A stretch of DNA of 64,000 bases, from NCBI GenBank assembly GCA_951406725.2, contig OX597837.1:44950001-45014000 (forward strand), read 5' to 3'. The notes beneath the pieces are model-generated. The model saw nothing but the letters and a program-made list of their open reading frames with translations. It did not search any database and was not told where the DNA came from. This document shows positions 13,987 to 27,240 of the stretch, in pieces. The stretch's first letter is position 1. Every line of letters begins with the position of its first letter. Origin of the DNA: Octopus vulgaris (lineage: Eukaryota). Both the position numbers and the translations under genes were made by a program.

Positions 13987-14401
13987 TATTTCTTTATTGC
14001 CCACAAGGGGCTAAACACAGAGGGGACAAACAAGGACAGACAAAGGGATTGAGCCGATTACATCGACCCCAGTGCGTAACTTGTACTTAATTTATCGACC
14101 CCGAAAGGATTAATGGCAAAGTCGACCACGGCGGAATTTGAACTCACAACGTAACTGCAGACGAAATACCTATTTCTTTACTACCCACAAGGAGCTAAAC
14201 ACAGAGAGGACAAACCAGGACACACAAACGGATTAAGTCGATTACATCGACCCCAGTGCGTAACTGGTACTTATTTAATCGATCCCGAAAGGATGCAAGG
14301 CAAAGTCGACCTCGGCGGAATTTGAACTCAGAACGTAGCGGCAGACGAAATACTGCTAAGTATTTCGCCCGGCGTGCTAACGTTTCTGCCAGCTTGACGC
14401 C
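13987..14401 (-). mobile_element. Dimeric SINE family C
   Basis: Two tandem units (13987-14170 and 14171-14401), each with ATCGACCCC...GGCAAAGTCGACC.CGGCGGAATTTGAAC. Only the 14171-14401 unit keeps the head GCTGGCAGAAACGTTAGCACGCCGGGCG. Confidence 0.9.
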
Positions 14402-14479
14402 TTTCTGCCATAAATCTACCTTCTTGCCATACCATCTTCTTGGCATCACCACAAAACTCTGGTTGTTTGTTATCTCGTA

Positions 14480-14755
14480 TTATTTACTTGTCCCAGTCAT
14501 GGGGCTGCGGTCATACCGGAGCACCGCGTTGACGGATTTTCAGTCGAACAAATTGTCCCTAGTACTTTATTTAACGACCTGTACTTACTCTGTCGGTCTC
14601 TATCATCCGAATATTTAATTTACTGGAAAGTAAACAAAACAACACCGATTGCCAACAAGAGGTGGGGCGGTCCATTTCTTAGACTGAAATCCTTCGTGGT
14701 GGTACCTCACCATACCTGCAGCCCAATGACTGAAACTAGAACACATGAAAAATAA
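14480..14755. mobile_element. Degenerate family A 3' fragments in both orientations
   Basis: 14480-14660 resembles the reverse-complemented family A tail. 14690-14755 ends AATGACTGAAACTAG. Confidence 0.5.
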
Positions 14756-15214
14756 ATACTCGTGTCTCTCTCACTCAGCTTTTTTTTTTTATATATATAA
14801 ATGTTATTTTATTCTATTTTATCATATTTGAAATTACCTGATGTTCAATCCGAGTCTCGTAGGATTAATTTAACAGCGAGCCGTCTTTCAAGCGACGAAG
14901 AATTAAAAGAAATGGTAATTTAGTGATGTCAACTGACTCATCCAATTTCACCTCATCTTCTCTTTACAGTTCTCAATGAATTCGAGATTTAAATATCTTT
15001 TTTCCTGGAAGACATCACAGCAAGCCATAACAGCTAACCCTAACCCTCACACCTTACCATTTTTTCCCCTTCTTCTTCTTCTTCTTTAAACTTCTAATTT
15101 TCGCAATCATCGTAAAAATTCTCCTACGCCGCCCTTCCCAGCAAACTCTCTGCAAACCACCAACGTTTCATTCCAAGAATTTCAGGAAACCTTTGAAGAG
15201 TTCCAAGTAATCAT

Positions 15215-15228
15215 GTAGTAGTAGTAGC

Positions 15229-15285
<57 letters not shown>

Positions 15286-15334
15286 GGTGGTGGTGGTGAT
15301 TTTGGTGGTGGTGGCGGTGGTAGTAGTAGTAGTG

Positions 15335-15387
<53 letters not shown>

Positions 15388-15391
15388 TGTG

Positions 15392-15448
<57 letters not shown>

Positions 15449-15590
15449 ATAGTCATTATGCTCGTGTTCCGTTTGTTTTGCTTTTTTAATGATGTTGTTA
15501 CAATTGAGTCTTTTCTTATTGTTGCTACTACTACTACTACTACAACTACTACTACTACTACTACCACCACCACCACTACCACTACTACTA
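15215..15590. repeat. (TAG/TGG)n tract followed by complementary (CTA/CCA)n tract
   Basis: Read directly from the sequence. Confidence 0.9.
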
Positions 15591-16103
15591 GTGTTGACAT
15601 TGTTGATATTGCTATTGCAGCCGCCGTCGTAGCTGAGATCATTGTCATTGCTGCGGGTATCGCCAACGATATCATTGATGTCATCTTCGTCATCTTCGTC
15701 ATCTTCGTCAAATTCGTCGTCGTCGATGAAGCCACCGCCTTCACCATCGTCTTTGTTAGCCTCCATCCTCGCTGACTTTGTCCTCATCGTCATTGTCTTC
15801 GTCGCTGTGTGTGTGTGTGTGTGTGTTTCTTTTTTCTTTATTCTTTAATCTCCTGGCAGCGCCCTCCTTCCCCTCATCCTTCCCAAAAATAATTCTCGAA
15901 GGCGAATACAATCTTTGAAAAGATTGCCAAATACAGTTTCGGGAACATTTATATAATTGATTACCCACTGATGTGAATTCTATCGTTGCCTTTCCAATGT
16001 AATTACTTTGTAGGCTGTTGCTATAGTTTCACCTCACAACAATTTCTTCCTTCAACAATTGTTGTTGTTATTATTATTGTTGTTGCCGCTACTATTATTA
16101 TTA

Positions 16104-16146
<43 letters not shown>

Positions 16147-16175
16147 CATCATTATTATTATTATTATTATTATTA

Positions 16176-16234
<59 letters not shown>

Positions 16235-16295
16235 TATTATTATTATTATTATTGTTGTTATTATTATTATTATTATTAATAATATTATTATTATT

Positions 16296-16530
16296 GAGTG
16301 AGAGAGCAGTGCATGCCATCAAAGTGACACTGGGGTAAAATATACGAAGCCCAATATACCCATCATGACTACTCGTCTGATAAGGGTACACCAGGCACAT
16401 GCATCACAACCATATGTGTGCGACATAGTGATCTCATATCAGGATAAACAGCACATGACCTTGCAGGTGGGGCCCAGTTAGAATTTTCTTCAGGTTGAGT
16501 AGCCCATCCCGCTCAAAAAGTCCCTGAATA
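16296..16530. repeat. Complex-sequence repeat fragment embedded in (ATT)n
   Basis: A sharp-edged 235-bp island between ATT arrays 16060-16295 and 16530-16840. It may be the left part of the 17795-18092 block. Confidence 0.5.
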
Positions 16531-16599
16531 TTATTATTATTATTATGATTATTATTATTATCATTATTATTATCATTATTATTATCATCATCATCATCA

Positions 16600-16681
<82 letters not shown>

Positions 16682-16707
16682 CATTATTATTATCATCATC
16701 ATCATCA

Positions 16708-16745
<38 letters not shown>

Positions 16746-16782
16746 GTTGTTATTATTATTATCATTAGCATTATCATCATCA

Positions 16783-16839
<57 letters not shown>

Positions 16840-17414
16840 GTGTTAGTCATTTTCAGGTAAATTCTATTGCGTCACCTACTACACCTCTTGTGTTGCTGAG
16901 GTGTGTGCCGCATTGTGTGTTCTTGTCTTCTTTTGTTCTTGTAGTTATTGTTTCCTTTATAGATTTGTCTGTAGTCGTTCCTTGCATTACTGCTTGCATT
17001 GTGTATTCAGTGTGCAATGCGACTTGTGTTCATCTGGTGGGTATCAGCCCTGTAGAGTACACGTTGAGGATGTTGTTTATTTCATTGGATATTTACTGTA
17101 TAAAAATATGTGTTGTGTTTCTGGATTGGATCGTTTGGGTTGCACTATTAAATTCGTAGTGTGCTGCATAAGGTGTCGGCTGTTTGTAGCAGTTTATTTT
17201 TGGGATAGTGTGCTGTGTTGAGGATCCAGGTATGAAGAAGGGATACCACATCATGAAGTGGGTATTCGTCATGAGGAGTTTGCGTTATCTCACTAACGTC
17301 TGGATAATCGGAACCGTGAGGCTCTGAGTTCTATTTCGAGGAAATTTATCATACGTACGTAAATATGTGTGTGTGAGTCGCACGTATTGGTACGACTATG
17401 TATATGTGTGTGTT

Positions 17415-17611
17415 TTTATGTGCCCGTGTTTGTCACCCCCACCATAGCTTGACGACCGTTGTTAATGTGTTTACGTCCCCGCAACTTAGCCGATATAATT
17501 AATACTAGACTGAAGGCAGTGCTCCAGCATTGCCGCAGTCAAATGACTGAAACAAGTAAAATAATGAAAGAATAAAAGAATATATATGCATACACATACA
17601 CACACACACAT

Positions 17612-17698
<87 letters not shown>

Positions 17699-17794
17699 TA
17701 TTTATGGGGTCGATTTGCTCGACTAAAGGCGGTGCTCCAGCATGGCCACATTCAAATGACTGAAACAAGTAAAAGAGTAATAGAGAATAAAAGA
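17415..17794 (+). mobile_element. Two family A 3' fragments separated by (CA)n(TA)n
   Basis: 17415-17580 (internally deleted) and 17706-17794 both end GACTGAAACAAGTAAAA. Confidence 0.8.
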
Positions 17795-18199
<405 letters not shown>

Positions 18200-19076
18200 T
18201 TTAATTATTTATTTAATTAATTTGTTCATCATGTACAATTACGTGTGTATTTATCATTATTTGATTCAATTTTAGAAAAAAAAATGAAGCATGTCTGACA
18301 ATTCCGGAGCATATTGAACTTATTGGTGCGTGACATTTGGCCCTCCCCTGTACGTGCGAGTGTTTACACGCACGCAACACGCATGTGCTATGTGTGCGCA
18401 TGTGTGTGTGTGCACGCGTTTGTTAGGTGTGTATGTGTGAATGTGTACATCTACTTGGATTGCTTACGATTCTGTTTACGTCACGAGCAGTTCTTGGTGA
18501 TAAAACGAAATAATCGCCGTCTCAAGTTTACTAAAAATTCACTACTATTATTATTATTAGCGTTACAAACTCTGGAGATTCATCGATTTTTTTCTTCATC
18601 TTCCAATACCATTCTTCACCCACCTCTTCATCATCATCCTCCATCTCTTCTTCTTCTCAGTTCCATTTTCCTGCTTTTTATTTTTCTTTATATTTTATTT
18701 GCCAATTTCGCATTTCTAAACACTTTTATTTTACATCTTTTTTTTTATTTTCGCTTCACCGTTTCTTTGTTGAATAAGTTAATGTCAAACGAAAGCTTGC
18801 AGAGAACGTGCCAGAAGATAGAAATATCTATACAAAACACAATGTATTATTGAAGTGTAAAGGAACTAAATCGTAAATTCATATATCTTAAGAAAGACAC
18901 CTTTAACCCATTGTTCCTTCCTCGTTTTTGTCTCTAATTCCATTATTCAATTATTCAGTTATTCAGTTATTCATCGGTGTTATGCGTGTGTGTATGCTTG
19001 CTTGTGTCTGTGTGTATGCGCGTGTGTACGTGTGTGCGTGTGTGTGTATGTGTGTGTGTGTTGTGCATGCATTTGT

Positions 19077-19134
19077 ATATACGTGCACGAGCACATGTAT
19101 ATAGTCATACGTGCATGTACGTATATATGCACGT

Positions 19135-19176
<42 letters not shown>

Positions 19177-19220
19177 GTACATGCACGTATGACTATATAC
19201 ATGCGCTCGTGCACGTATAT
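19077..19220. repeat. Near-perfect inverted repeat around a (TA)n tract
   Basis: 19077-19128 versus 19169-19220 differ at one position when reverse-complemented. Confidence 0.9.
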
Positions 19221-19423
19221 TTATATATATGCATATACATATATACATATATAAGCATTGATATATATATAACGCACGCATATATGTATATATATATATA
19301 TATGCATGCGTTATACATATACATACATACATGCATATATATATATATATATTTACGCACATATATGCATGCATATATATATATGTATGTATATAAATGC
19401 GTATGCATGTATCTAAGTGAATA

Positions 19424-19514
<91 letters not shown>

Positions 19515-19575
19515 ACGTGTACATACATATCTATGTATATTTATCTGTATGTATGTGTATATATGCGTATCAATT

Positions 19576-19635
<60 letters not shown>

Positions 19636-21409
19636 GTGTATTTATGTATGTATTTATACATTATCGAGTTGAGTTTGATAAACTGCTAAAATCCATATTA
19701 GCAAACCATCGCACAAATATAATTTAAGGGCAAAAAAAATTGTTTGTTCCGTTTCGTTCATTCTTTGTTACGTTAATTCATTCCCGCCTTTCATTCTGCT
19801 TGTCTGTCTGCCTTGTCCGTCTGTCTGTCCGTCTGTTTTCTTCTCTAGTGTATTTGAGGCTCTCAGCTTTAAGTTTACGACAAACAGTTTCTACAAAGGA
19901 GCTGGAATAAAACCGTCTCTACTGAAAACAACCCTTGTTATTTTTGTCTGTTACCTCCCAACACCTGAACAAATGTATAGTGAAGGTGATGAGGGAAGAA
20001 AAAATGGGGGACAGGGAATAGGGGACGAGGAGAAGGAGAGAGAGTAGTGTAATACAATTATCTCCGAATGGAAAAATTAACCTCTACATGTATTGGCTTT
20101 CATTCTCCCGTGTAAAACGGGGGGAAAAACATATATATATAAGTATGTACAATCACACGCACAAACATATGATGTTGAAACATCTGATTAGTACCAAATA
20201 AGGTTCGAAAGTCTATTAAGGTTGTTCATCGTGTTTTTCAATTTTCTGGAAAATAGTTTAATTTGCCATGATTGTATCCCTTTTTTGTAGATTTACATAT
20301 ATGACACCCACTGCCGACGCCACTACAAACACAACTGTGCTTTTATGGAGTCAACGATAGTGGCTGTCTTCCCTATTAGCTCTCTTATTTGGGATAAATA
20401 ACTCTTAGGTGAATGGTGTTACTACATACGTGACACTTAAGTCTTCGATCCATCGTTGCAAATGGCTGAGTACTGTTTCACCGCTCGATCAAATTATATC
20501 AGTGACAGCTTTAACTTATTTCTTACCCGTCTGGGTAAAACTTTTGCCTACCCATTTCGAAATTTTCCGGTGCAGCTTTTACCTACTCACATAGTATAAT
20601 CTCCACCGACCAATCAATATCTGTTTCTGATGGGTCACCAACCATCCCCAATTTCACTACTAGTTGGCTATGTAGAAAGGGTTAAGAATACAATCCTCGT
20701 TGTTGATTGAGGTAATAGAGAGCCTTTGGGTTTCGACCTGAAAGAGAAACCATGCATCCAACTCGCCACAGCTCGTGTTGCTAGGTGCGAAAATACTCTG
20801 CTACAAACTACCACAAAAGTCACCTACTTCTATACTTCTCTGCATGCGTAGTCTCAACCTTTCCATGCACTATGTTTTAATGGCTATACATTGGTATATA
20901 TCTTCCTCCAAAATCTCTGAGACCACAGCTAAAGGCAACCAATCAACAATTTGGCACGGATACTTCTGGCTTCCCTAATCTTTTCCATTTGCTTGTTTGT
21001 TTGTTTCTTTCGTAGCTTTATCTGCACAAACGAGAAACAGTCTTAACAGCCACCATGCTGTACTGTACGATACTGCAGACTTCCATAGTGGAAGCAGTAG
21101 TGGTATTACTGGGGATGGCGGTGGTGGTGGTGGTGGTGGTGGTGGTGGTGGTGGTGGTGGTGGTGGTGGTGGTGGTGGTGGTGGTCACTGTACTGGTGTT
21201 GCATAGGCTTGTCAAAATTTTACTGACTCGTAATTGGCACGGTGGCGCTGTTGCTGATGTTGAATAGAGTTTGTAGTCATTAGTAGTAGCGGAGGAGGAT
21301 GAGGAGGGGAGGAGAAGGAGGGGATGGGGAAAGGAGGTGGTGGTGGCGGTGATGGTGGTGGTGAGGCACGTGCACCTCATCACTTATATCTGTAAGACTA
21401 TGTTACTTG

Positions 21410-21547
21410 CCTGGTATTTTATTTCATCGAACCCTGAAGGATGAAAAGCAATGTTGAGCCCAGGCGGAGTTTGAACGCAGAAACTAACGAGTCAGAAGAA
21501 ATCCCGTATTTTCTCCGAAACTTGAATTACTTTGCCAGCTCGCTGAC

Positions 21548-21615
<68 letters not shown>

Positions 21616-21835
21616 AACAATCCTTTCTACTATAGACACAAGGTCAAAACTTTGAGTATAGGGAACAGTCAATTGCAAAATACCCCAGTATTCAGTTTGT
21701 ACTTAAGTTGATCAACCTCCGGAAGGACGAAATCCGAACTACTTTGGCGGGATTTCAACTCAAAGCAGAAGAAGCCGGAGCAACTACCCAAAGGCATTTG
21801 GTCTGACGCAGTCACTGTTCTGACAGTCTACTCCC
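21410..21835 (-). mobile_element. Two diverged family C SINEs flanking an (AAT)n tract
   Basis: 21410-21545 and 21617-21835 carry degenerate GAAGGATGAAA...GGCGGA.TTT.AAC...GCCAGCT motifs. Confidence 0.65.
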
Positions 21836-22089
21836 CTCCAAACTAATAATGGTTCTTCTTTCTACAAAGGACCAAATCCAGAACGTTTTAGAAACGGCAC
21901 AGTATTTTTTCTCAAAATCTGTATTTGGCTGTTATTGTATTTTCCTTTCCTTTTCCGTTGGAATCAAAGAAACCACGAATTTCAGTTTTTATCTTATATT
22001 AAAAAGACCCAAAAAATAGTTCTTTAAACATTTGAAGCCGCTCATCACATCGCTTCTTTAGACTGAAAGGTGATTTCTTCTTGTGTTGC

Positions 22090-22483
22090 TCTCCCTCTCT
22101 TTCTCTCCCTCTCTCTCTTTCTCTCTTAAAGTCAGTGAGTTCTCTCATCACTTACAACCTCTCTCTCATTTCACTCCCCTCCCTCCCTTTATCTCTCTCT
22201 CTTTCTCCCTCTCTCACTTTCTCTTTCTCTCCTCTCTCTCTCTCTCTCTCTCTTAAAGTCAGTGAGTTCTCTCATCACTTACAACCTCTCTCTCATTTCA
22301 CTCCCCTCCCTCCCTTTATCTCTCTCTTTCTCCCTCTCTCACTTTCTCTTTCTCTCCCTCTCTCTCTCTCTCTCTCTTAAAGTCAGTGAGTTCTCTCATC
22401 ACTTACAACCTCTCTCTCATTTCACTCCCTCCCTCCCTTTATCTCTCTCTTTCTCCCTCTCTCACTTTCTCTTTCTCTCCCTC

Positions 22484-22516
<33 letters not shown>

Positions 22517-22613
22517 TAAAGTCAGTGAGTTCTCTCATCACTTACTACCTCTCTCTCATTTCTCTCCCCTCACTCCCTTTATCTCTCTCTTTCTTCCTCT
22601 CTTTCTTTCTCTT

Positions 22614-22646
<33 letters not shown>

Positions 22647-22753
22647 TAAAGTCAGTGAGTTCTCTCATCACTTACAACCTCTCTCTCATTTCACTCCCCT
22701 CCCTCCCTTTATCTCTCTCTTTCTCCCTCTCTCACTTTCTCTTTCTCTCCCTC

Positions 22754-22786
<33 letters not shown>

Positions 22787-22883
22787 TAAAGCCAGTGAGT
22801 TCTCTCATCACTTACTACCTCTCTCTCATTTCACTCCCCTCCCTCCCTTTATCTCTCTCTTTCTCCCTCTCTCACTTTCTCTT

Positions 22884-22914
<31 letters not shown>

Positions 22915-22997
22915 TAAAGTCAGTGAGTTCTCTCATCACTTACTACCTCTCTCTCATTTCACTCCCCTCCCTCCCTTTATCTCTCTCTCTCTCTCTC

Positions 22998-23038
<41 letters not shown>

Positions 23039-23133
23039 GTCAGTGAGTTCTCTCATCACTTACTACCTATCTCTCATTTACACACACACCTCCCTCCCTT
23101 TATCTCTCTCTTTCTCCCTCTCTCACTTTCTCT

Positions 23134-23164
<31 letters not shown>

Positions 23165-23267
23165 TAAAGTCATATGAGTTCTCTCATCACTTACAACCTC
23201 TCTCTCATTTCACTGTCTCCCTTTATCTCTCTCTTTCTCCCTCTCTATATTTCTCTTTCTCTCCCTC

Positions 23268-23298
<31 letters not shown>

Positions 23299-23345
23299 TA
23301 AAGCCAGTGAGTATCTCTCATCACTTACTACCTCTCTCTACATTT
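22090..23345. repeat. Polypyrimidine minisatellite, 10 units of about 120-140 bp
   Basis: The anchor TTAAAG(T/C)CA.TGAG recurs at about 22126, 22254, 22377, 22516, 22646, 22786, 22914, 23034, 23164 and 23298, separated by variable (CT)n. Confidence 0.95.
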
Positions 23346-23407
23346 CTCTCCCAAACAGACACACACGCACATACACACTCACACACTCACACACGCACGC
23401 ACACATT

Positions 23408-23615
23408 CGCAGAAAGTAAGAGATTTACCTCAGGGAAAATAACTTCTTGAAGTAATATCCTCCATCCTCAATAATCATATCTAGTCTACAATTGATAGAC
23501 GAATTTTCGAATTTTCGATAAATAAACAACGGCTAAGATACGATTTCCAAATATTATAATATTAAATAGATATCATCCCAAAGTAATATGCGTACATATA
23601 TGCACATACATCTAA

Positions 23616-23648
<33 letters not shown>

Positions 23649-23664
23649 AGTGCGTGTGTGTATA

Positions 23665-23703
<39 letters not shown>

Positions 23704-23721
23704 ATCAATCTCTCTCTCTCC

Positions 23722-23768
<47 letters not shown>

Positions 23769-23898
23769 CACACACACAAACACAAGCACACAGACACAAA
23801 CACATAAATGATTGTATGTTGGTTTATAGATAATAAATCTATATTTAAATATTTGTATATTTTCTATTCATATATGTGTATATATATGTCTGTGTATG

Positions 23899-23965
<67 letters not shown>

Positions 23966-24198
23966 ATATATATATGTATATATATATACACATATATACT
24001 TATGTACATATACATAGATGCAAACAGACACACACGCACATACACACTCATACACGCACGCACACGCACACACACACACACACGTGCGCAGAAAGTAAGA
24101 GATTTACCTCAGGGAAAATAACTTCTTGAAGTAATATCCTCCATCCTCAATAATCATATCTAGTCTACAATTGATAGACGAATTTTCGAATTTTCGAT
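23408..24198 (+). repeat. Exact 112-bp direct duplication (23408-23519 = 24087-24198)
   Basis: CGCAGAAAGTAAGAGATTTACC...GAATTTTCGAATTTTCGAT is present twice, 679 bp apart. Confidence 0.95.
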
Positions 24199-24657
24199 TA
24201 AACTCTGGCGCCATGCAACCCTAAAAATCAAATTATTCTCTCTGTAAATGTGAAGGAAAATAAAATAAAACTAACTTCGCATTTTGTTTTATCATTTGAA
24301 TTTAACCGTTTTTCTTATTTATATATATATATGTATGTATGTATATGTATATATATATATGTATGTATATATACGTATGTATATGTATATATGTATATAT
24401 ATATGTTTGTATATATATATACATATGTATATATATATGTATATATATATGTATATATATATATATGTATATATACATGTATATATATGTATGTATATAA
24501 ACATATGTATGTATATATATATATATATATGTATATATATGTATATGCATATTATATGTATATATATGTATATATGTATATATATATGTATGTATATATG
24601 TATATATATAAGTATAGATATAGATAGAAATATAGGTAGAAAGATAAAGAAATGCAC

Positions 24658-24706
<49 letters not shown>

Positions 24707-24921
24707 TATATTTTATATAGGGCTATACATATAATCTTATGTATATACATATCTTTTATGTATTTATTTTTTATTTCATTTCCATTATTTATCTAATTTT
24801 CCATTTTATCTGATAATTTTTTTTCTTGGCTATCTTTTTCTCTATCGCAAGAAGTTTTCAATTTCTTGTCGATTTTGCGTTGAAGAAATTATACTTCCTT
24901 CGTGTGTGGTGACAATAAATG

Positions 24922-24924
<3 letters not shown>

Positions 24925-24983
<59 letters not shown>

Positions 24984-25395
24984 ATAACAGCAACAGTTGT
25001 TGTTGTTGTCGTCGTAGCAACAACAGCAGCAGCAGTAAGTCAGCAACAAATTAGTACCAGTGGTCATAGTGGTAGTGTGGGGGGGAGGCGCAGTGGAACT
25101 TCTTGTCGTGGTGATGATGATAGTGGTGGCGGTTGCGGTGATGGTTGTGGTGACCAGGTTATGATAATACTATTAGTGGTGCTGGTGGTAGTAGCTGTGG
25201 TGGACGATGGTGGTAGTGGTAGTAGTTTTAGTGGAGACGATGGTGGCAGGGGTAGTGGATGGTAGTGGCGGTAATAGTAGTAGTAGTAGCAGTAGTAGTA
25301 GTAGTAGTAGCAGTACCAGCAGCAGCAGCAGCAGTAGTAGTGGTAGTAGTAGTAGTAGTAGTAGTAGGAGTAGTAGGAGTAGTAGGAGTAGGAGT

Positions 25396-25483
<88 letters not shown>

Positions 25484-25485
25484 AT
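24925..25485. repeat. (TAG)n/(CAG)n/(TGG)n compound trinucleotide region
   Basis: Read directly from the sequence. Confidence 0.9.
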
Positions 25486-25814
25486 TGTTGTAGTGATGTT
25501 GGTGGAGGATGGTGTCGGTTTTCCATGGTGGGCGTGGTGGATGTAGAGGTGATAGAGTTAGTATTAGTAATAATAGTAATAGACACACCCTGAGTGGCAC
25601 GGGTGGACATTTGATAATAATCGAGATGGGTGCTTCCTGGTGTATAGTTGTTTAAGCCTACCTCGACTTCTAGCCAATGGACCCAGGATCAAAATTGCTC
25701 CAGTTATGTTCGATGGTATTTGAAACCGTACACTAACGATTCGATGACATAGTTTTTAAACGGGGAATTTTTATAACTACACTATTGAAAGAATATGCGT
25801 ACATACATACATAA

Positions 25815-25942
<128 letters not shown>

Positions 25943-25952
25943 ATATATATAT

Positions 25953-26726
25953 AAATGCAAGAAAAGCTGTAAAATGTGACAACCGAAGCAGTCTTTGTGG
26001 AGTTCACACTGAAGATATCACCTATGCCATAAGCAGTTGTCTGAAAATGTCATTACGCGATTATTTACCGATGAGACGTTGTAGCAAGGACACTCTATAA
26101 TGAAATTCAACCGAAGGATAATCCCGAGGACAAAAAAATAAAAACCCACAATATGTAGAAGTCATGGCCACTCATAATGAAAAGGAATACTGGTGGAATG
26201 TACAAGTGAAGTCTTCAATAAAATATAAACACAACAGACCTGGTATAATGATTTGGGATAAAGAAGAGAAACTGTGCACAATTGCGGAAATCAGCTGCCC
26301 AGTGGATGTTAGCATAAAGCTGAAGATCAGTGAAAAAGAGAACACCTATGATGAACTATTGAGAAATGTGAAGTTTCTCTATCCAAACTAAACTTTCAAG
26401 TTTATACCTGTAATTATTGAGGTCCTGAGATATGTAACACATTGTCTAAATAAAAATCTTGAGAAATTAGGCTTCTCAAAACCAGAAAGGAGAAAGCTAT
26501 TTCGAAGACTACAGATCCAATCCATCACTGGAATTGTAAAAATCTGTAAAACTTTCCCGAAGTTTATCATTTGAATATATATGACCATGTCTAGATATGT
26601 AACAACATGCATGAAAATACATACATAAAACATACCAATCTGCACATACATTCATACATACGTACATACATACATACATACATACATACATACATACATA
26701 CATACATACATACACACATACATACA

Positions 26727-26760
<34 letters not shown>

Positions 26761-27100
26761 CATACATACATACATACATACATACATACATACATACATA
26801 CATACATACATACATACATACATACATACATAAATACATACATACATACATACATAGATACATACATACATACATACATACATACATACATACATACATA
26901 CATACATACATACATACATACATACATACATACATACATACATACATACATACATACATACATACATACATACATACAAATTTCCCTGTTGTTGATGTTG
27001 AAATTGCAATGAAGGAGCCTTGGATCTAGATTAGAAACCGGTTCTTTCTCTATTGCCAAGAAATCTTGAAATAAACTGAATAATGACATAAATACATACA
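25953..27100 (+). mobile_element. 5'-truncated RLE-type (R4/Dong-like) non-LTR retrotransposon: decayed CCHC and PD-(D/E)xK domain plus 3'UTR
   Basis: Translates to [26 protein letters not shown] (eroded CxxC-E-H-C knuckle), then EYWWN..KHNRPGIMIWD..CTIAEISCPVD..KENTY (eroded RPD...E.S.P.D...K..Y), then LQIQSITGIVKICKTFPKFII* with the stop at 26572-26574. Internal stops and frameshifts are present. The 3'UTR has an internal (CATA)n at 26645-26977. Confidence 0.85.
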
Positions 27101-27124
27101 ATGGCTTTTGTTCGTTTCATCATG

Positions 27125-27240
27125 TTTTGCTCGGCCTGGGGCTATAGACAATTACACAAGGTTTCACCACACAGTGGGGCTGAGTCCCGGACCACGTGGT
27201 TCGAAAGCAAGCTGCTTCATTAGTCACAGGCGCCGGCACC
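27125..27240 (-). mobile_element. Degenerate family A head
   Basis: GGCTATAG...CACACAGTGGGGCTGA..CC.GGACCACGTGGTT.GAAAGCAAGCT. Confidence 0.6.

Noticed and set aside
15033-15046. Telomeric (CCCTAA)n
   Set aside because: Only about two units, compatible with chance.
16840-17335. LINE endonuclease remnant on the minus strand
   Set aside because: Only vague similarity (NILNVYS, NTRG), with no diagnostic GDFN/SDH motif, so it is left unclassified.
22090-23345. CRISPR-like repeat-spacer array (also 58670-59105)
   Set aside because: The spacers are mutually homologous simple repeats, the context is eukaryotic and there are no cas genes.
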